DNA of 64,000 bases from Candidatus Omnitrophota bacterium. GTDB lineage: Bacteria > Omnitrophota > Gorgyraeia > Pluralincolimonadales > Pluralincolimonadaceae. Location of the stretch: assembly GCA_041653595.1 (NCBI GenBank), contig JBAZFB010000002.1, forward strand, positions 68,579 through 132,578, given 5' to 3'. This document shows positions 48,955 through 59,259 of the stretch, one piece after another. The translations under genes were made by a program, and so were the position numbers. Under the pieces are notes generated by a model. That model was not told where the DNA came from, searched no databases, and was given only the letters and a program-made list of their open reading frames with translations. The stretch's first letter is position 1; every line of letters begins with the position of its first letter.

Positions 48955-49596
48955 TTATAAATTGACTAAAAGTGACAAAGAATTGATAAAAATCGCCTTT
49001 ATTTGAACGGCCGAAAGCCCGCACCCCATAAGGATATTTTCCGCCATGTCTTCCGTGATCAGGTCTTCCGGATCGTGTGAGTCGGTATTTAAGACGAGCT
49101 TTGCCCTCGCCTGCGCGGCGACGCGGGCGACATGCCCGTTCGTGAGCGAATGGCCGTTTTTTGCCGTTATCTCAAGATATATGCCGCGTTTCGCGGCGGT
49201 CCTGGCGTCTTTTAACGTTATGAGGCCGGGATGGGCGAGAATGTTTATATCGCATTCGAGCGCCGCAGCGTTCGTCCCGGGTATGACCGGCTCGACTATC
49301 GTCTCTCCGTGGACTAAAATTAATTTTATGCCGTTGGCGCGCGCGTATGTCACGAGTCCCCGCAGGTCTTTGGGCGGGACATGGGTGAGCTCTATCCCCG
49401 GAACCACTTTTATCTTCGATGATGTAAGGACCTTGGCCGCTTTGACTAACCTCGGTACGAGAAAATCGATATTGGAGGCGTCGGCGTGGTCGGCCAGGCC
49501 AATGCCCTTATAGCCGACAGCGTAAGCCCTCCTCACTAATTCCGACGGCAGGAGCGACCCGTCGCTTAATAATGTATGCGTGTGGAAGTCTATCAT
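48955..49596 (-). CDS. PHP-domain phosphoesterase
   Basis: 'MIDFHTHTLLSDGS...GLADHAD' PHP metal-binding motifs. Confidence 0.75.
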   Translation of the reverse strand: MIDFHTHTLLSDGSLLPSELVRRAYAVGYKGIGLADHADASNIDFLVPRLVKAAKVLTSSKIKVVPGIELTHVPPKDLRGLVTYARANGIKLILVHGETIVEPVIPGTNAAALECDINILAHPGLITLKDARTAAKRGIYLEITAKNGHSLTNGHVARVAAQARAKLVLNTDSHDPEDLITEDMAENILMGCGLSAVQIKAIFINSLSLLVNL

Positions 49597-49631
49597 AAAA
49601 GGGACCTTTCGTTATCGTCCTTGGTATATCT

Positions 49632-49707
49632 GGTGGGCCTGAGAGGACTCGAACCTCCCGCACGCGGTTTAGGAAACCGCTGCTCTATCCAGATGAGCTA
49701 CAGGCCC
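49632..49707 (-). tRNA. tRNA-Arg (anticodon CCT)
   Basis: Reverse complement: GGGCCTGTAGCTCATCTGGATAGAGCAGCGGTTTCCTAAACCGCGTGCGGGAGGTTCGAGTCCTCTCAGGCCCACCA. Cloverleaf folds, anticodon loop TTCCTAA, encoded CCA. Confidence 0.9.
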
Positions 49708-49711
49708 GGAA

Positions 49712-50245
49712 CTAAAATTCTATCAGCGAGAAGATCCGGTGATCCTTAAGGCGTTCACGGCCTTTAAGGAATGTCAATTCGATGAGGAAAGCGACCTCGA
49801 CTATCTTGCCCCCCATCTTTTCGATGAGGCCGGATACGGCGCTCATCGTGCCGCCTGTCGCCAGCAAGTCGTCGATCAGCAGGACATTGTCACCGGGGTT
49901 TATCGCGTCCTTGTGTATCTCGAGCGAATCGGTCCCGTATTCCAATGCGTACTCGACCCTGTGCGTCTCATGCGGCAATTTGCCTTTTTTGCGGACCGGG
50001 ACGAGGCCGGCGCCTAGTTTATAGGCTATGGCGCTGCCGAAGATGAAGCCCCTCGCCTCGATCGAGACTACCTTGTCTATCTTCTTTCCTTTATATCTTT
50101 CAACGAGGCAGTCTATCGCCTCCTGAAATTTCCTGCCGTCCTTGAGGAGAGTGGTGATATCCTTGAATATTATACCCTTCTTCGGGAAATCGGGTATATC
50201 GCGGATCGACTTTTTCAGTTCTTCAACGATCTTAGGATTATCCAT
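49712..50245 (-). CDS. apt: adenine phosphoribosyltransferase
   Basis: PRPP motif '[13 protein letters not shown]'. APRT-length protein. Confidence 0.9.
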   Translation of the reverse strand: MDNPKIVEELKKSIRDIPDFPKKGIIFKDITTLLKDGRKFQEAIDCLVERYKGKKIDKVVSIEARGFIFGSAIAYKLGAGLVPVRKKGKLPHETHRVEYALEYGTDSLEIHKDAINPGDNVLLIDDLLATGGTMSAVSGLIEKMGGKIVEVAFLIELTFLKGRERLKDHRIFSLIEF

Positions 50246-51054
50246 TATTGCATCTCCTGGGTCGTCATGTTCTTCCTGAGTTTCCTTAATGCCGCCTCTT
50301 CTATCTGCCTTACCCTCTCCCGCGTTATCTTGAATTTTTCCGCCACCTCTTCGAGCGTATGCGGGGCATCGTCCTTAAGGCCGAACCGCATGTTGAGGAT
50401 CTCCTGCTCCCTCTTGTTCATTTTTTTGAAGAGGTCGGCGATCTTCTCCTGGCGCAGGAAGTTCGACAACTCCTCGCTGGCCGAAGACGCCTTGGTGTCC
50501 TCGATGAGGTCCATCATGGTCCCGCTGTCGTCTTCGCCTACCGGCGACTCGAGCGAAGTAGGCTGCGTCATTACGGTCTCGAGCTCCTGCGCCTTCCTTA
50601 CGGGTATCTGCATCGACTTCGCTATCTCGGCGGTCGAAGGTTTCCTTCCCAGTTTCTGGGAAAGCTTTTCGATGGTCTTCTTCCACCTCGACGTCAGCTC
50701 CATCATGTAGACCGGGATCCTGACCGTCTTTCCCTGGTTTGCGACCGCGCGGAGGATGTATTGTTTTATCCACCATGCGGCGTAAGTCGAGAAACGGAAC
50801 CCCTTATTGTGGTTGAATTTTTTTACGGCCTTCATCAGGCCGAGGTTGCCTTCTTCTATAAGGTCCAGCAGCGGAACACCGAAGTAGCTGTATTTCTTGG
50901 CTATGCTGACGACAAGACGGAGGTTCGATTGTATCATCCTCTTCTCCGCTTTGACGTCGCCTTTTTTAGCCAGTTTGGATAACTCTACTTCCTCTTCGGC
51001 GGTCAAAAGCGCTATCTTCTCTATATCCTTGAGATACGCCTTGATCGGTTCCAT
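50245..51054 (-). CDS. RNA polymerase sigma factor, sigma-70 family (group 2/3-like)
   Basis: Region 2 '[37 protein letters not shown]', region 4 '[20 protein letters not shown]'. Confidence 0.8.
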   Translation of the reverse strand: MEPIKAYLKDIEKIALLTAEEEVELSKLAKKGDVKAEKRMIQSNLRLVVSIAKKYSYFGVPLLDLIEEGNLGLMKAVKKFNHNKGFRFSTYAAWWIKQYILRAVANQGKTVRIPVYMMELTSRWKKTIEKLSQKLGRKPSTAEIAKSMQIPVRKAQELETVMTQPTSLESPVGEDDSGTMMDLIEDTKASSASEELSNFLRQEKIADLFKKMNKREQEILNMRFGLKDDAPHTLEEVAEKFKITRERVRQIEEAALRKLRKNMTTQEMQ

Positions 51055-51063
51055 GGCCGGTCC

Positions 51064-53826
51064 TTATTTTTCCTTAAGTACAGCCTGCGCCGCGGCAAGC
51101 CTTGCGATAGGCACGCGGAACGGCGAGCAGCTCACGTAGTCCATCCCTACCCTGTGGCAGAACTCCACTGAACGCGGGTCTCCGCCGTGTTCGCCGCAGA
51201 TGCCGACCTCGAGGTCCTTGCGGCCTTTCCTGCCCCGTTCGATGCCTATCTTGATTATCTCTCCGATGCCTTCCTGGTCGATCGTCTGGAACGGGTCGTC
51301 CGGGAGTATACCCTTCTTCAGGTAATCCGGGAGGAACCCGCCGATGTCATCGCGCGAGAAACCGAAGCCCATCTGCGTCATGTCGTTGGTCCCGAACGAG
51401 AAGAACTGGGCTACCGTCGCGAGCTTGTCTGCGACTATCGCGGCCCTCGGTATCTCTATCATCGTCCCGAACATGCACTTTATGGCCTTGAGGTTATATT
51501 TCGAGACAACCTCGTTGTATACCCTCTTATATATTGCCAGCTGGTCGCTTAGCTCTTTAACGTCGCATACGACCGGTATCATTATCTCAGGATAGGGCTT
51601 CTTGCCTTCCTTGATAAGCTCGGCGGCAGATTCGAATATCGCGCGGATCTGCATCTCGCTAACCTCGGGATAGGTCACCCCTAAACGGACGCCGCGGTGG
51701 CCCATCATCGGGTTCGACTCATGCAGGTTCTCGGCGCGCTTTGAAAGCTCATCCATGGATATGTTCAGGTCCTTGGCGAGTTGCTCGAGTTTATCCTTCT
51801 CGCGCGGCACGAACTCGTGCAGCGGAGGGTCGAGGAGCCTGATGACGACCGGATAACCGTCCATCGCCTCGATCGTCCCCTTGATGTCTTTCTTTACGTA
51901 AGGGTAGAGCTCGTCTATCGCCTTCTTCCTCTCTTCAAGCGTATTCGAGACGATCATCTTCCTTAATATAAAGAGCGGCTCGTCCGAACCCTTGCCGTAG
52001 AACATGTGCTCTGTCCTGAAGAGGCCGATGCCTTCGGCGCCGAACTGGCGCGCCCTTGTAGCGTCTTCCGGTGTATCGGCATTGGTCCTGACCCCAAGCT
52101 TCTTTATGGTGTCGCAGACTTTAAGGAAATCGTTGAGCAATTGGTTTTCAGAGGAAGCGTCCATCATCGGCAGCTTACCCTCGTAGACGTTGCCTTTTGT
52201 GCCGTTCAAGGTTATCCAATCGCCTTCCTTAAGGGTCTTGCCTTCGGCACTCATCTCTTTTTTATCGTGATCGACGTGCAGCGCGCCGCATCCTACGACG
52301 CAGCATTTGCCCCATCCGCGCGCGACAAGCGCCGCGTGCGAAGTCATGCCGCCGCGCGCCGTAAGTATGGCCTCCGCAGCCCTCATGCCTTCGACGTCCT
52401 CGGGATTGGTCTCCTCGCGGACGAGGATGACTTTCTTTCCCTGCTTCCTCCATTCGACCGCGTCATGCGCGGAAAACACTATCTGGCCGCACGCGCCGCC
52501 CGGACCGGCCGGAAGGCCTTTTGCCATGGGCTTGTGCGCCAATTCGACTTTCGGGTCGATGATAGGATGCAAAAGCTCATCGAGCTGCGCCGGTGTCACG
52601 CGCATCACCGCGGTCTGCTTATCTATCAATTTTTCCTTGAGCATGTCGACAGCCATGCGGACAGCCGCCGGCCCGTTGCGTTTCCCGGAACGGCATTGTA
52701 GCATGAAGAGCCTGTCCTTCTCGATCGTGAACTCGATGTCCTGCATGTCATGGTAATGCTTTTCAAGGCGCCTGCGGAAATCTACCAGTTCCTTGTAGAT
52801 CTTCGGCATTACCTCTTCAAGCGTCTTTAAGGATTTATTATGTTCCGACTTCGAATAGCCGTTTATCGGGCCCGGCGTGCGGATACCCGCAACGACGTCT
52901 TCGCCCTGAGCGTTAATAAGGTATTCCCCGTAGAAACCGTTCTCGCCGTTTCCGGGGTTGCGGGTGAAGGCGACGCCTGTGGCCGAATCCTCACCCATGT
53001 TACCGAAGACCATCGTCTGGACGTTTACGGCCGTGCCCCATTCGTCGGGTATCGCCTCGATGCGGCGGTAGCTGATCGCGCGCTTGCCGTTCCATGAAGC
53101 GAATACCGCGCCGATCCCGCCCCACATCTGTTCCATCGGGTCGTCGGGGAATTCCTTTTTGAGGGTTTCCTTTATCTTTGCCTTGTACTGGTTGCAGATC
53201 ACCTTGAGGTCGTCGGCGGTCATGTCCGTATCGCTGGAATATCCTTTTTCCTTCTTTAACTTATCCATTATCCTTTCCAGCTGCTTGCGGATGCCCATAT
53301 CGTCCGCCGGCTCGATGCCTGCGGCCTTTTCCATGACAACGTCCGAATACATCGTTATCAGCCTGCGGTATGCGTCGTATACGAAACGCGTGTTGCCGCC
53401 GCTCTGTTTGATGAGGCCCGGTATGGTCTTCTCGGTAAGGCCGACGTTCAAGACCGTCTCCATCATGCCCGGCATCGATTTGCGCGCGCCGGAACGGACC
53501 GATACCAGGAGAGGGTTGACAGGATCGCCGAATTTCCTGCCCATCAATTTCTCGACCAGCACCAGCGCTTTATTGACCTGTTCCTTGAGCGCCGCCGGAT
53601 ATGTCCTTTTGTTCTGGTAATAATATGTGCAGACATCGGTGGTGATGGTGAACCCCGGAGGGACCGGGAGCTTCAGGTCCTTATGGCCTGCCATCTCGGC
53701 CAGGTTTGCGCCTTTTCCGCCGAGGAGGTTCTTCATGCTCTCGTTCCCGTCGGCTTTTCCGCCGCCGAATGAATAGACGTATTTTTTGTTCCCCTTTACC
53801 TTCGCAGCAACCTTTTTACTCCCCAT
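51064..53826 (-). CDS. ppdK: pyruvate, phosphate dikinase
   Basis: 'GGMTSHAALVARGWGKCCVVGC' phospho-His domain. 920 aa. Confidence 0.95.
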   Translation of the reverse strand: MGSKKVAAKVKGNKKYVYSFGGGKADGNESMKNLLGGKGANLAEMAGHKDLKLPVPPGFTITTDVCTYYYQNKRTYPAALKEQVNKALVLVEKLMGRKFGDPVNPLLVSVRSGARKSMPGMMETVLNVGLTEKTIPGLIKQSGGNTRFVYDAYRRLITMYSDVVMEKAAGIEPADDMGIRKQLERIMDKLKKEKGYSSDTDMTADDLKVICNQYKAKIKETLKKEFPDDPMEQMWGGIGAVFASWNGKRAISYRRIEAIPDEWGTAVNVQTMVFGNMGEDSATGVAFTRNPGNGENGFYGEYLINAQGEDVVAGIRTPGPINGYSKSEHNKSLKTLEEVMPKIYKELVDFRRRLEKHYHDMQDIEFTIEKDRLFMLQCRSGKRNGPAAVRMAVDMLKEKLIDKQTAVMRVTPAQLDELLHPIIDPKVELAHKPMAKGLPAGPGGACGQIVFSAHDAVEWRKQGKKVILVREETNPEDVEGMRAAEAILTARGGMTSHAALVARGWGKCCVVGCGALHVDHDKKEMSAEGKTLKEGDWITLNGTKGNVYEGKLPMMDASSENQLLNDFLKVCDTIKKLGVRTNADTPEDATRARQFGAEGIGLFRTEHMFYGKGSDEPLFILRKMIVSNTLEERKKAIDELYPYVKKDIKGTIEAMDGYPVVIRLLDPPLHEFVPREKDKLEQLAKDLNISMDELSKRAENLHESNPMMGHRGVRLGVTYPEVSEMQIRAIFESAAELIKEGKKPYPEIMIPVVCDVKELSDQLAIYKRVYNEVVSKYNLKAIKCMFGTMIEIPRAAIVADKLATVAQFFSFGTNDMTQMGFGFSRDDIGGFLPDYLKKGILPDDPFQTIDQEGIGEIIKIGIERGRKGRKDLEVGICGEHGGDPRSVEFCHRVGMDYVSCSPFRVPIARLAAAQAVLKEK

Positions 53827-53859
53827 CTTCGTCTGTTACTCCTTTCGCATGTTTATGTT

Positions 53860-55980
53860 CTATTCTATCTTTATTTTTGAGAGGTCTGCCGCCTTATCTA
53901 CGTAAACGGCATGTATCGCCTTAAGCAGCGATAACCTGTTCGTCCGCAACACCTGGTCGTCTGCGTTGACGACGACCTTCTCGAAGAATAAATGGATCGG
54001 CCCGCCAAATGCCTCCGCGTACAACTTTGTCGCCCCGGCGTAATCGCCTGCGTCGATCCTCTCCCCTATCTTTCCTTTACTCTTCTCGTATATCTCCCAA
54101 AGGTCGCGTTCGAGCTGTTCTTTGAACAGCTCTGGCCTCACCTTGGCGGTTTCTCCCTTGAAATCCTTAGCGCCTTTAAGTATATTGGAAGCCCTTTCCA
54201 CTACCTTTGCGGCTTCCAAGAAATACTTGGCTTGGGCTATTGAGGAAAAATCTTCGAGTTTCTTGTTCAACCGGTCAAACCTGCCGATCCTCGGCGACAA
54301 AACAGAATCTATGATATCATCTTTATATTTTTTGTCCAGTAAAATATTCTTAAGCCTCTCCTTCTGGAAGGCGATTATCTGCGCTTTTACCGACGCTTTG
54401 TCGCAGGACAGAACGCCGCCATAGAGCTCGAATGCCTTATCGAACAGGTCATCCAGGGAGACAGGGTATTTCCTCTCCGAGAGGATCTTGAGCAGGCCGA
54501 GGGATGCCCTGCGGGTACCGTACGGGTCCTCGCTGCCGGTCGGGATGAATCCTATGGCATAGAAGCCGGTTATGGCGTCCACCTTGTCGGCGATGGCCAA
54601 CACGCCCGGGATATTGCCGGCAGGTAGGGGATCGTTCGGCCCTTTAGGCAGGTAATGTTCGTATATCGCCTTGCAGACTTCCCTGTCTTCGCCGGTCTTC
54701 AGCGCGTATTCCCTGCCTACGATGCCCTGAAGGTCGGGGAATTCCTTGACCATCTGCGTCACCAGGTCGGTCTTGCACAGTAGAGCGGCAAGTTCGGCCT
54801 TCTTCTTCTCTTCCTCAGGCAGGCCCAGGAGGTCTGCGATGTAACGCGCCAATTTTTGGAGCCTTATCGTCCGTTCGTACATGGTGCCAAGCTTTGCTTG
54901 GAACACCACGCCTTTTAACGAATCGATCCTCTCCTCAAGCTTCACCTTGAGGTCTTCGCGCAGGAAGAAAATGCTGTCTTTTAGTTTCGCGTTCAGTATC
55001 GACTCGAACGTCCCGCGTATCAGGGCCGTATCCTTATGCTTTCCGTTCAGGATGGCGACGAACGCGGGAAGCGCCCTTCCCTTGTTGTCCTTAAGGAGGA
55101 ATATCTTCTGGTTCTTCGCCATCGAGCTTTCGAGGACCTCTACCGGGAGTTCCAGGTATTCCTTCGCGAATTTACCCGTGAAACCTACCGGCGACTCCGA
55201 GAGGAACGTGACCGTCTCTAGGAGCGCCTGGTTGTATTCTGCCGCAGCATCCTCGGCCCTCGCGGAGTCTTTAAGGATGGCGAGTATCTTTTTCCTCCTC
55301 GCCTCCTGGTCGAGGATTACGCCGTATTTTTTTAATTTAAGGAAATAGTCTCCGGCGGACCTTATCTTCACCGGTTCCATGACCGCGCTCTCGTAACGCG
55401 GAAGGCGCGTGGAATCCGATGACGCCAGCGAGCCGAATTTGAAAGGGACCCGCTCGTCACCGTATAGGGCCAGTATCGAGCGGACAGGCCTCGCGAATTT
55501 TACGCCGCCGGCCTCCCATCTCATGGCCTTTGGGAACTTGAGCGAGGCGATTATCTTCGGCAGGGAATCGGAAAGGACTTTTCCTGCCGGGAGGGACTCC
55601 TTCGCCCTCTCTATGAAGATATATTCACCCCTCTGCGTATTTTCTATCTTTATATCTTTTATTTCCGCGCCCTTGGACTTAAGGAAACCGAGGCACGCCT
55701 GCGTCGGCCTGCCGTCTTTATCGAAGGCGGCCTCTTTCGACGGACCGTTTATCTTCTCACGCTGAGGTTCCTGCCCCGGAGCGAGGCCTTCCACGAGGAT
55801 GACCAGCCTGACCGGCGTGGCGAACGATCTTATAGCATTGAATTTAAGACGGTCCCCGGAAAGAGCGGCTGATACGGCCGAATGCAGCTGGTCAAGCGCG
55901 GGCGTTATATATCCCGCCGGCAGTTCTTCGCTGCATATCTCCATCAGGAAATCAGGGGTGACTGGTTTTTTATTTTTCAT
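53860..55980 (-). CDS. glyS: glycine--tRNA ligase beta subunit
   Basis: 706 aa, GlyS-like, downstream of glyQ with 11-bp overlap. Confidence 0.85.
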   Translation of the reverse strand: MKNKKPVTPDFLMEICSEELPAGYITPALDQLHSAVSAALSGDRLKFNAIRSFATPVRLVILVEGLAPGQEPQREKINGPSKEAAFDKDGRPTQACLGFLKSKGAEIKDIKIENTQRGEYIFIERAKESLPAGKVLSDSLPKIIASLKFPKAMRWEAGGVKFARPVRSILALYGDERVPFKFGSLASSDSTRLPRYESAVMEPVKIRSAGDYFLKLKKYGVILDQEARRKKILAILKDSARAEDAAAEYNQALLETVTFLSESPVGFTGKFAKEYLELPVEVLESSMAKNQKIFLLKDNKGRALPAFVAILNGKHKDTALIRGTFESILNAKLKDSIFFLREDLKVKLEERIDSLKGVVFQAKLGTMYERTIRLQKLARYIADLLGLPEEEKKKAELAALLCKTDLVTQMVKEFPDLQGIVGREYALKTGEDREVCKAIYEHYLPKGPNDPLPAGNIPGVLAIADKVDAITGFYAIGFIPTGSEDPYGTRRASLGLLKILSERKYPVSLDDLFDKAFELYGGVLSCDKASVKAQIIAFQKERLKNILLDKKYKDDIIDSVLSPRIGRFDRLNKKLEDFSSIAQAKYFLEAAKVVERASNILKGAKDFKGETAKVRPELFKEQLERDLWEIYEKSKGKIGERIDAGDYAGATKLYAEAFGGPIHLFFEKVVVNADDQVLRTNRLSLLKAIHAVYVDKAADLSKIKIE

Positions 55981-56842
55981 TTTTTCCGTTCAATCTCTCC
56001 AGGTAAAGGACGGCGCATGACTTCGCGAGGTTTCTTACCCTGGCTATGTATGTCGGGCGTTCGGTCGTGCTTACCGCCCCGCGCGCGTCGAGCATATTAA
56101 AGGCATGCGATGTCTTTAGCGTAAATTCGTAAGCCGGCGTCAACAGCTTCTCATTTAAAAGCCGCTTCGCCTCTTTCTCGTAGGCGGCGAAGAGCTCGGT
56201 ATACATCTTCGCGTCGCTTACTTCGAAGTTATATTTCGAGCATTCCCTCTCGTCATTTTTGTGTATATCGCCGTAAGTGTGGGTCTTGTCCCACTTCAGT
56301 TTGTAGAGGTCGTATTCTCCCTGAATGAACATCGCTATCCTCTCGAGCCCGTAAGTTATCTCGCAGGGTATGACCTCCAGCTCTATCCCTCCCACCTGCT
56401 GGAAATATGTGAACTGTGTCACCTCGAGGCTGTCGAGCCAGACTTCCCATCCCAGGCCCGATGCCCCCAGCGTCGGCGATTCCCAGTCATCCTCTACGAA
56501 CCTGAAATCGTGCTTCTTCAGGTCTATGCCGAGGCTCTCGAGGCTGTCGAGGTACAATGCCTGGACGTTCTCCGGCGCAGGCTTAAGGATGACCTGGTAC
56601 TGGTAATAGTGCTGCGCCCTTAAGGGGTTATCCGAGTACCTCCCGTCTGTCGGGCGCCTCGACGGCTGGACGAACGCGACATTCCAGGGCTCTTTATCCA
56701 GGCTCCTGAGGAATGTCAGGGGATGGAACGTCCCGGCTCCCATTTCGATGTCATACGGCTGCGCCAGGAGGCAGCCCTTATCCGCCCAGTATTTCTCAAG
56801 CCCCATTATCAGGTCCTGGAAGGTCATGGCTTTTGTCTTCAT
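55970..56842 (-). CDS. glyQ: glycine--tRNA ligase alpha subunit
   Basis: '[17 protein letters not shown]...[12 protein letters not shown]' highly conserved GlyQ. Confidence 0.95.
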   Translation of the reverse strand: MKTKAMTFQDLIMGLEKYWADKGCLLAQPYDIEMGAGTFHPLTFLRSLDKEPWNVAFVQPSRRPTDGRYSDNPLRAQHYYQYQVILKPAPENVQALYLDSLESLGIDLKKHDFRFVEDDWESPTLGASGLGWEVWLDSLEVTQFTYFQQVGGIELEVIPCEITYGLERIAMFIQGEYDLYKLKWDKTHTYGDIHKNDERECSKYNFEVSDAKMYTELFAAYEKEAKRLLNEKLLTPAYEFTLKTSHAFNMLDARGAVSTTERPTYIARVRNLAKSCAVLYLERLNGKNEK

Positions 56843-57513
56843 GGCTTTAATTTTTGTATCTCCCTTATGAATTTTTTCGACCTTAGCGGCCTATCGAGGT
56901 GCGACGCCAGGAGCTTTTCCACGAGCGAACCGAGTTCCTGCTCTATCGATTTCGATATCCTGAACTTCAGCAGTGAATCCCACGCCGCGTTCTTGAGCCG
57001 GTTGAAGGTCTGCGCTGTCCCCGGCGACACTTTTATCCCGCCGACGTTACTGCCTTCGGCGGTAGGGCCGAAACCCAAAAGCGTCAGCAGCCGTATCTCG
57101 AATACGCGGGTTATCTTTGTCGGTTCAGATCCCTTGGACAACAGCCTCAGTGAGTTAAGGAGCAGCCCGTATATATCGCCGTTATTTTCGGCCGGCTCGG
57201 TCAGCTCATCGACCAGTTCGACCAGGTACGTCGCGTACGCTATCGCGCTAAGGCTTTTGCGAATGCCGAAGAACCCGTCTGCCAGGTCGCACTGGGTTAT
57301 GTTCTGGAATTCGCTCTTGGTTTTTTCATAGAACACTATCTTGTTCAGGCCGAACAATTCGGCGGAACTCCCGTATTTCGACCTGTCGCCGCGGATCCCC
57401 TTCAGGACCCCTTTTATCTTGCCGAAATCTTTGGAATAAAAAGTCGCCAGCATGCTTGTTTCCCTGAGGTCCCGCCTGTTCAGGACGACGGCCTCAGTTG
57501 TTTGTATCGCCAT
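56839..57513 (-). CDS. recO: DNA repair protein RecO
   Basis: '[36 protein letters not shown]' OB-fold N-terminus typical of RecO. Confidence 0.8.
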   Translation of the reverse strand: MAIQTTEAVVLNRRDLRETSMLATFYSKDFGKIKGVLKGIRGDRSKYGSSAELFGLNKIVFYEKTKSEFQNITQCDLADGFFGIRKSLSAIAYATYLVELVDELTEPAENNGDIYGLLLNSLRLLSKGSEPTKITRVFEIRLLTLLGFGPTAEGSNVGGIKVSPGTAQTFNRLKNAAWDSLLKFRISKSIEQELGSLVEKLLASHLDRPLRSKKFIREIQKLKP

Positions 57514-58150
57514 CCCTCATCTTTATTTTGACCCTTTCGGGTAGCGGGACGATCCCTGCCGAGATGACCAATTTCAGGGCTTCTTCTATGCTTATATCAA
57601 GGGGTATTATCTCGTCTTCGGGCACGAGGATAAGAAAACCCGACGCCGGGGTCGGACTGGTCCCTATAAGAACGCTTATCAGTTTTTTCCCTCTCGCGTC
57701 ATGGGCCGTCTCCTTCCCTTCTGAGGTAACGAACCCTATTGAATAGATGCCTTTTCGCGGATATTCGACAAGCACCGCCCTTTTAAAGATACCCTGCGAT
57801 TGCCCTAGCAGCGCGTGGCTTATTTCTTTGAAGGCGTCGTATATCCTTCCAAGCAACGGGAACCGGGAGACCTTCTTTTCAAGATAAGAGAAGAATTTTC
57901 TCAGCAAGATGAGCCTTGTGGCGAAACCTATGAGCGAAATACCGATAACAAGAAAGACAAGGGTGAGGACTTTCGCCACATATTCGAGAAAGGCGCTGTC
58001 AAGGATGAAAGGCCGCAGGAAATTCGCTATGGGCTCAAGCAGGAAATAGTTGGTTTTATCTACGGCGAATTTTACCAGCCAGATGGTTATTAAGGCCGGA
58101 AGTATCACCGCGACGCCCGCGATAAAATTTCTTCTTATGCTTATAAACAT
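57494..58150 (-). CDS. DUF502-family membrane protein
   Basis: Two N-terminal TM helices, then 'GIYSIGFVTSEGKE...LISVLIGTSPTPASGFLILVPEDEIIPLDISIEEALKLVISAG'. Confidence 0.6.
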   Translation of the reverse strand: MFISIRRNFIAGVAVILPALITIWLVKFAVDKTNYFLLEPIANFLRPFILDSAFLEYVAKVLTLVFLVIGISLIGFATRLILLRKFFSYLEKKVSRFPLLGRIYDAFKEISHALLGQSQGIFKRAVLVEYPRKGIYSIGFVTSEGKETAHDARGKKLISVLIGTSPTPASGFLILVPEDEIIPLDISIEEALKLVISAGIVPLPERVKIKMRDGDTNN

Positions 58151-58151
58151 A

Positions 58152-58859
58152 TCAACCCCTGTATAAAAGTTCGAATATCAGAAGCGTGGCGAGTATGCCG
58201 ACCACAGATCCGGCTATCGCCTCCCATGCCGTATGCAGCCCTTTCCTTACCCTCGATATGGCCAACAGCATCGCCATCAGGAAGGCGAGCGCGGAGGCCA
58301 CGCCGTTTAGGGTAAGCAGCGTTATTACGGTAAAGATAGAGAAACCGAGCGCCGAATGGCCGCTGGGCCAGCCGCCCCTTAGCGGCGTCCCTCTCCTCAA
58401 GAGAATCTTGGTCAGTATCACCAGGAAGATTACCGCGACGAGCGCGATGAAAGTGATGTGCCAGGGCGATTGCCTTATGCGGGAGATGCCCTCAGAGAGG
58501 TCTATTAGTTTTACCGTCCTGAAGAAGATCAAGTATCCGACTATGACAGCGTAAACGGACGTGACGAAGACGCACCCTGCCGCGATATCCTTCGCCAGCT
58601 TGGCCATATGGTGGAATTCCTTGGTGAACATATCGACGGCCAGTTCGAGGGCGGTATTGAACATCTCGGCTACGATCACCAGGGTGACCGCGCTCAAAAG
58701 CAGGATGAATTCCACGGGCGGCAGTCCCGCGATCAGGCCGAGTATTATGACCGCCGCGCCTATCACAAAATGGATGCGCATATTCCGCTGGGTCTTGAGC
58801 GTATGCTTAAGCCCCTCGATCGCGTAATTGAAAGACTCTGTAAGCCCGCGTTTTTTCAT
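58152..58859 (-). CDS. dgkA: diacylglycerol kinase (DgkA) fused to a PAP2 phosphatase domain
   Basis: N-terminus 'SFNYAIEGLKHTLKTQRNMRIH...EMFNTALE' (DgkA). C-terminus 'WPSGHSA...SRVRKGLHT' (PAP2 motifs 2 and 3). Confidence 0.7.
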   Translation of the reverse strand: MKKRGLTESFNYAIEGLKHTLKTQRNMRIHFVIGAAVIILGLIAGLPPVEFILLLSAVTLVIVAEMFNTALELAVDMFTKEFHHMAKLAKDIAAGCVFVTSVYAVIVGYLIFFRTVKLIDLSEGISRIRQSPWHITFIALVAVIFLVILTKILLRRGTPLRGGWPSGHSALGFSIFTVITLLTLNGVASALAFLMAMLLAISRVRKGLHTAWEAIAGSVVGILATLLIFELLYRG

Positions 58860-59257
58860 AATCCCCGGAGGATCCTTCCTTCCGCCCTTCTCATCTCTTT
58901 CCTTTTCGACGAAGAGGTATCGTCGTATCCGGAGAGATGGAGTATCCCGTGCACGATGTATAATCTCAATTCTTCCGCCGCCGTGGACCCGAAACGCCTG
59001 GAATTTTTTGCGGCCGTTTGCGCCGATATGGCGATATCCCCGCTCTCGAAGGCTATCACGTCTGTGCTCTTATCCCTTTTCCTGTATTTTTTATTCAACC
59101 TTCTTATTCCCGCGTCATCCGTAAAGAGTATGCAGATACGGTCCCTCTTCCGCCCGGCCATCGACAATATCTTTTCAGCGCACTTTACGGCTGCCTTTTT
59201 CGGGAACGGCAGCTTTACGCCTTCGGTCAATACTGCGACGCGGCCCGGCTTAGGCAC
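58856..59257 (-). CDS. ybeY: rRNA maturation endoribonuclease YbeY
   Basis: 'HGILHLSGYDD' metal-binding motif. Confidence 0.9.
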   Translation of the reverse strand: MPKPGRVAVLTEGVKLPFPKKAAVKCAEKILSMAGRKRDRICILFTDDAGIRRLNKKYRKRDKSTDVIAFESGDIAISAQTAAKNSRRFGSTAAEELRLYIVHGILHLSGYDDTSSSKRKEMRRAEGRILRGL

Positions 59258-59259
59258 CC

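Noticed and set aside
50359-50982. 207-aa + strand ORF overlapping the sigma-factor gene
   Set aside because: Antisense shadow ORF. The sigma-70 regions 2 and 4 are unambiguous on the − strand.
52006-52756. 231-aa and 149-aa + strand ORFs inside ppdK
   Set aside because: Antisense to a highly conserved 920-aa PPDK. Low-complexity Arg/Ala-rich translation.
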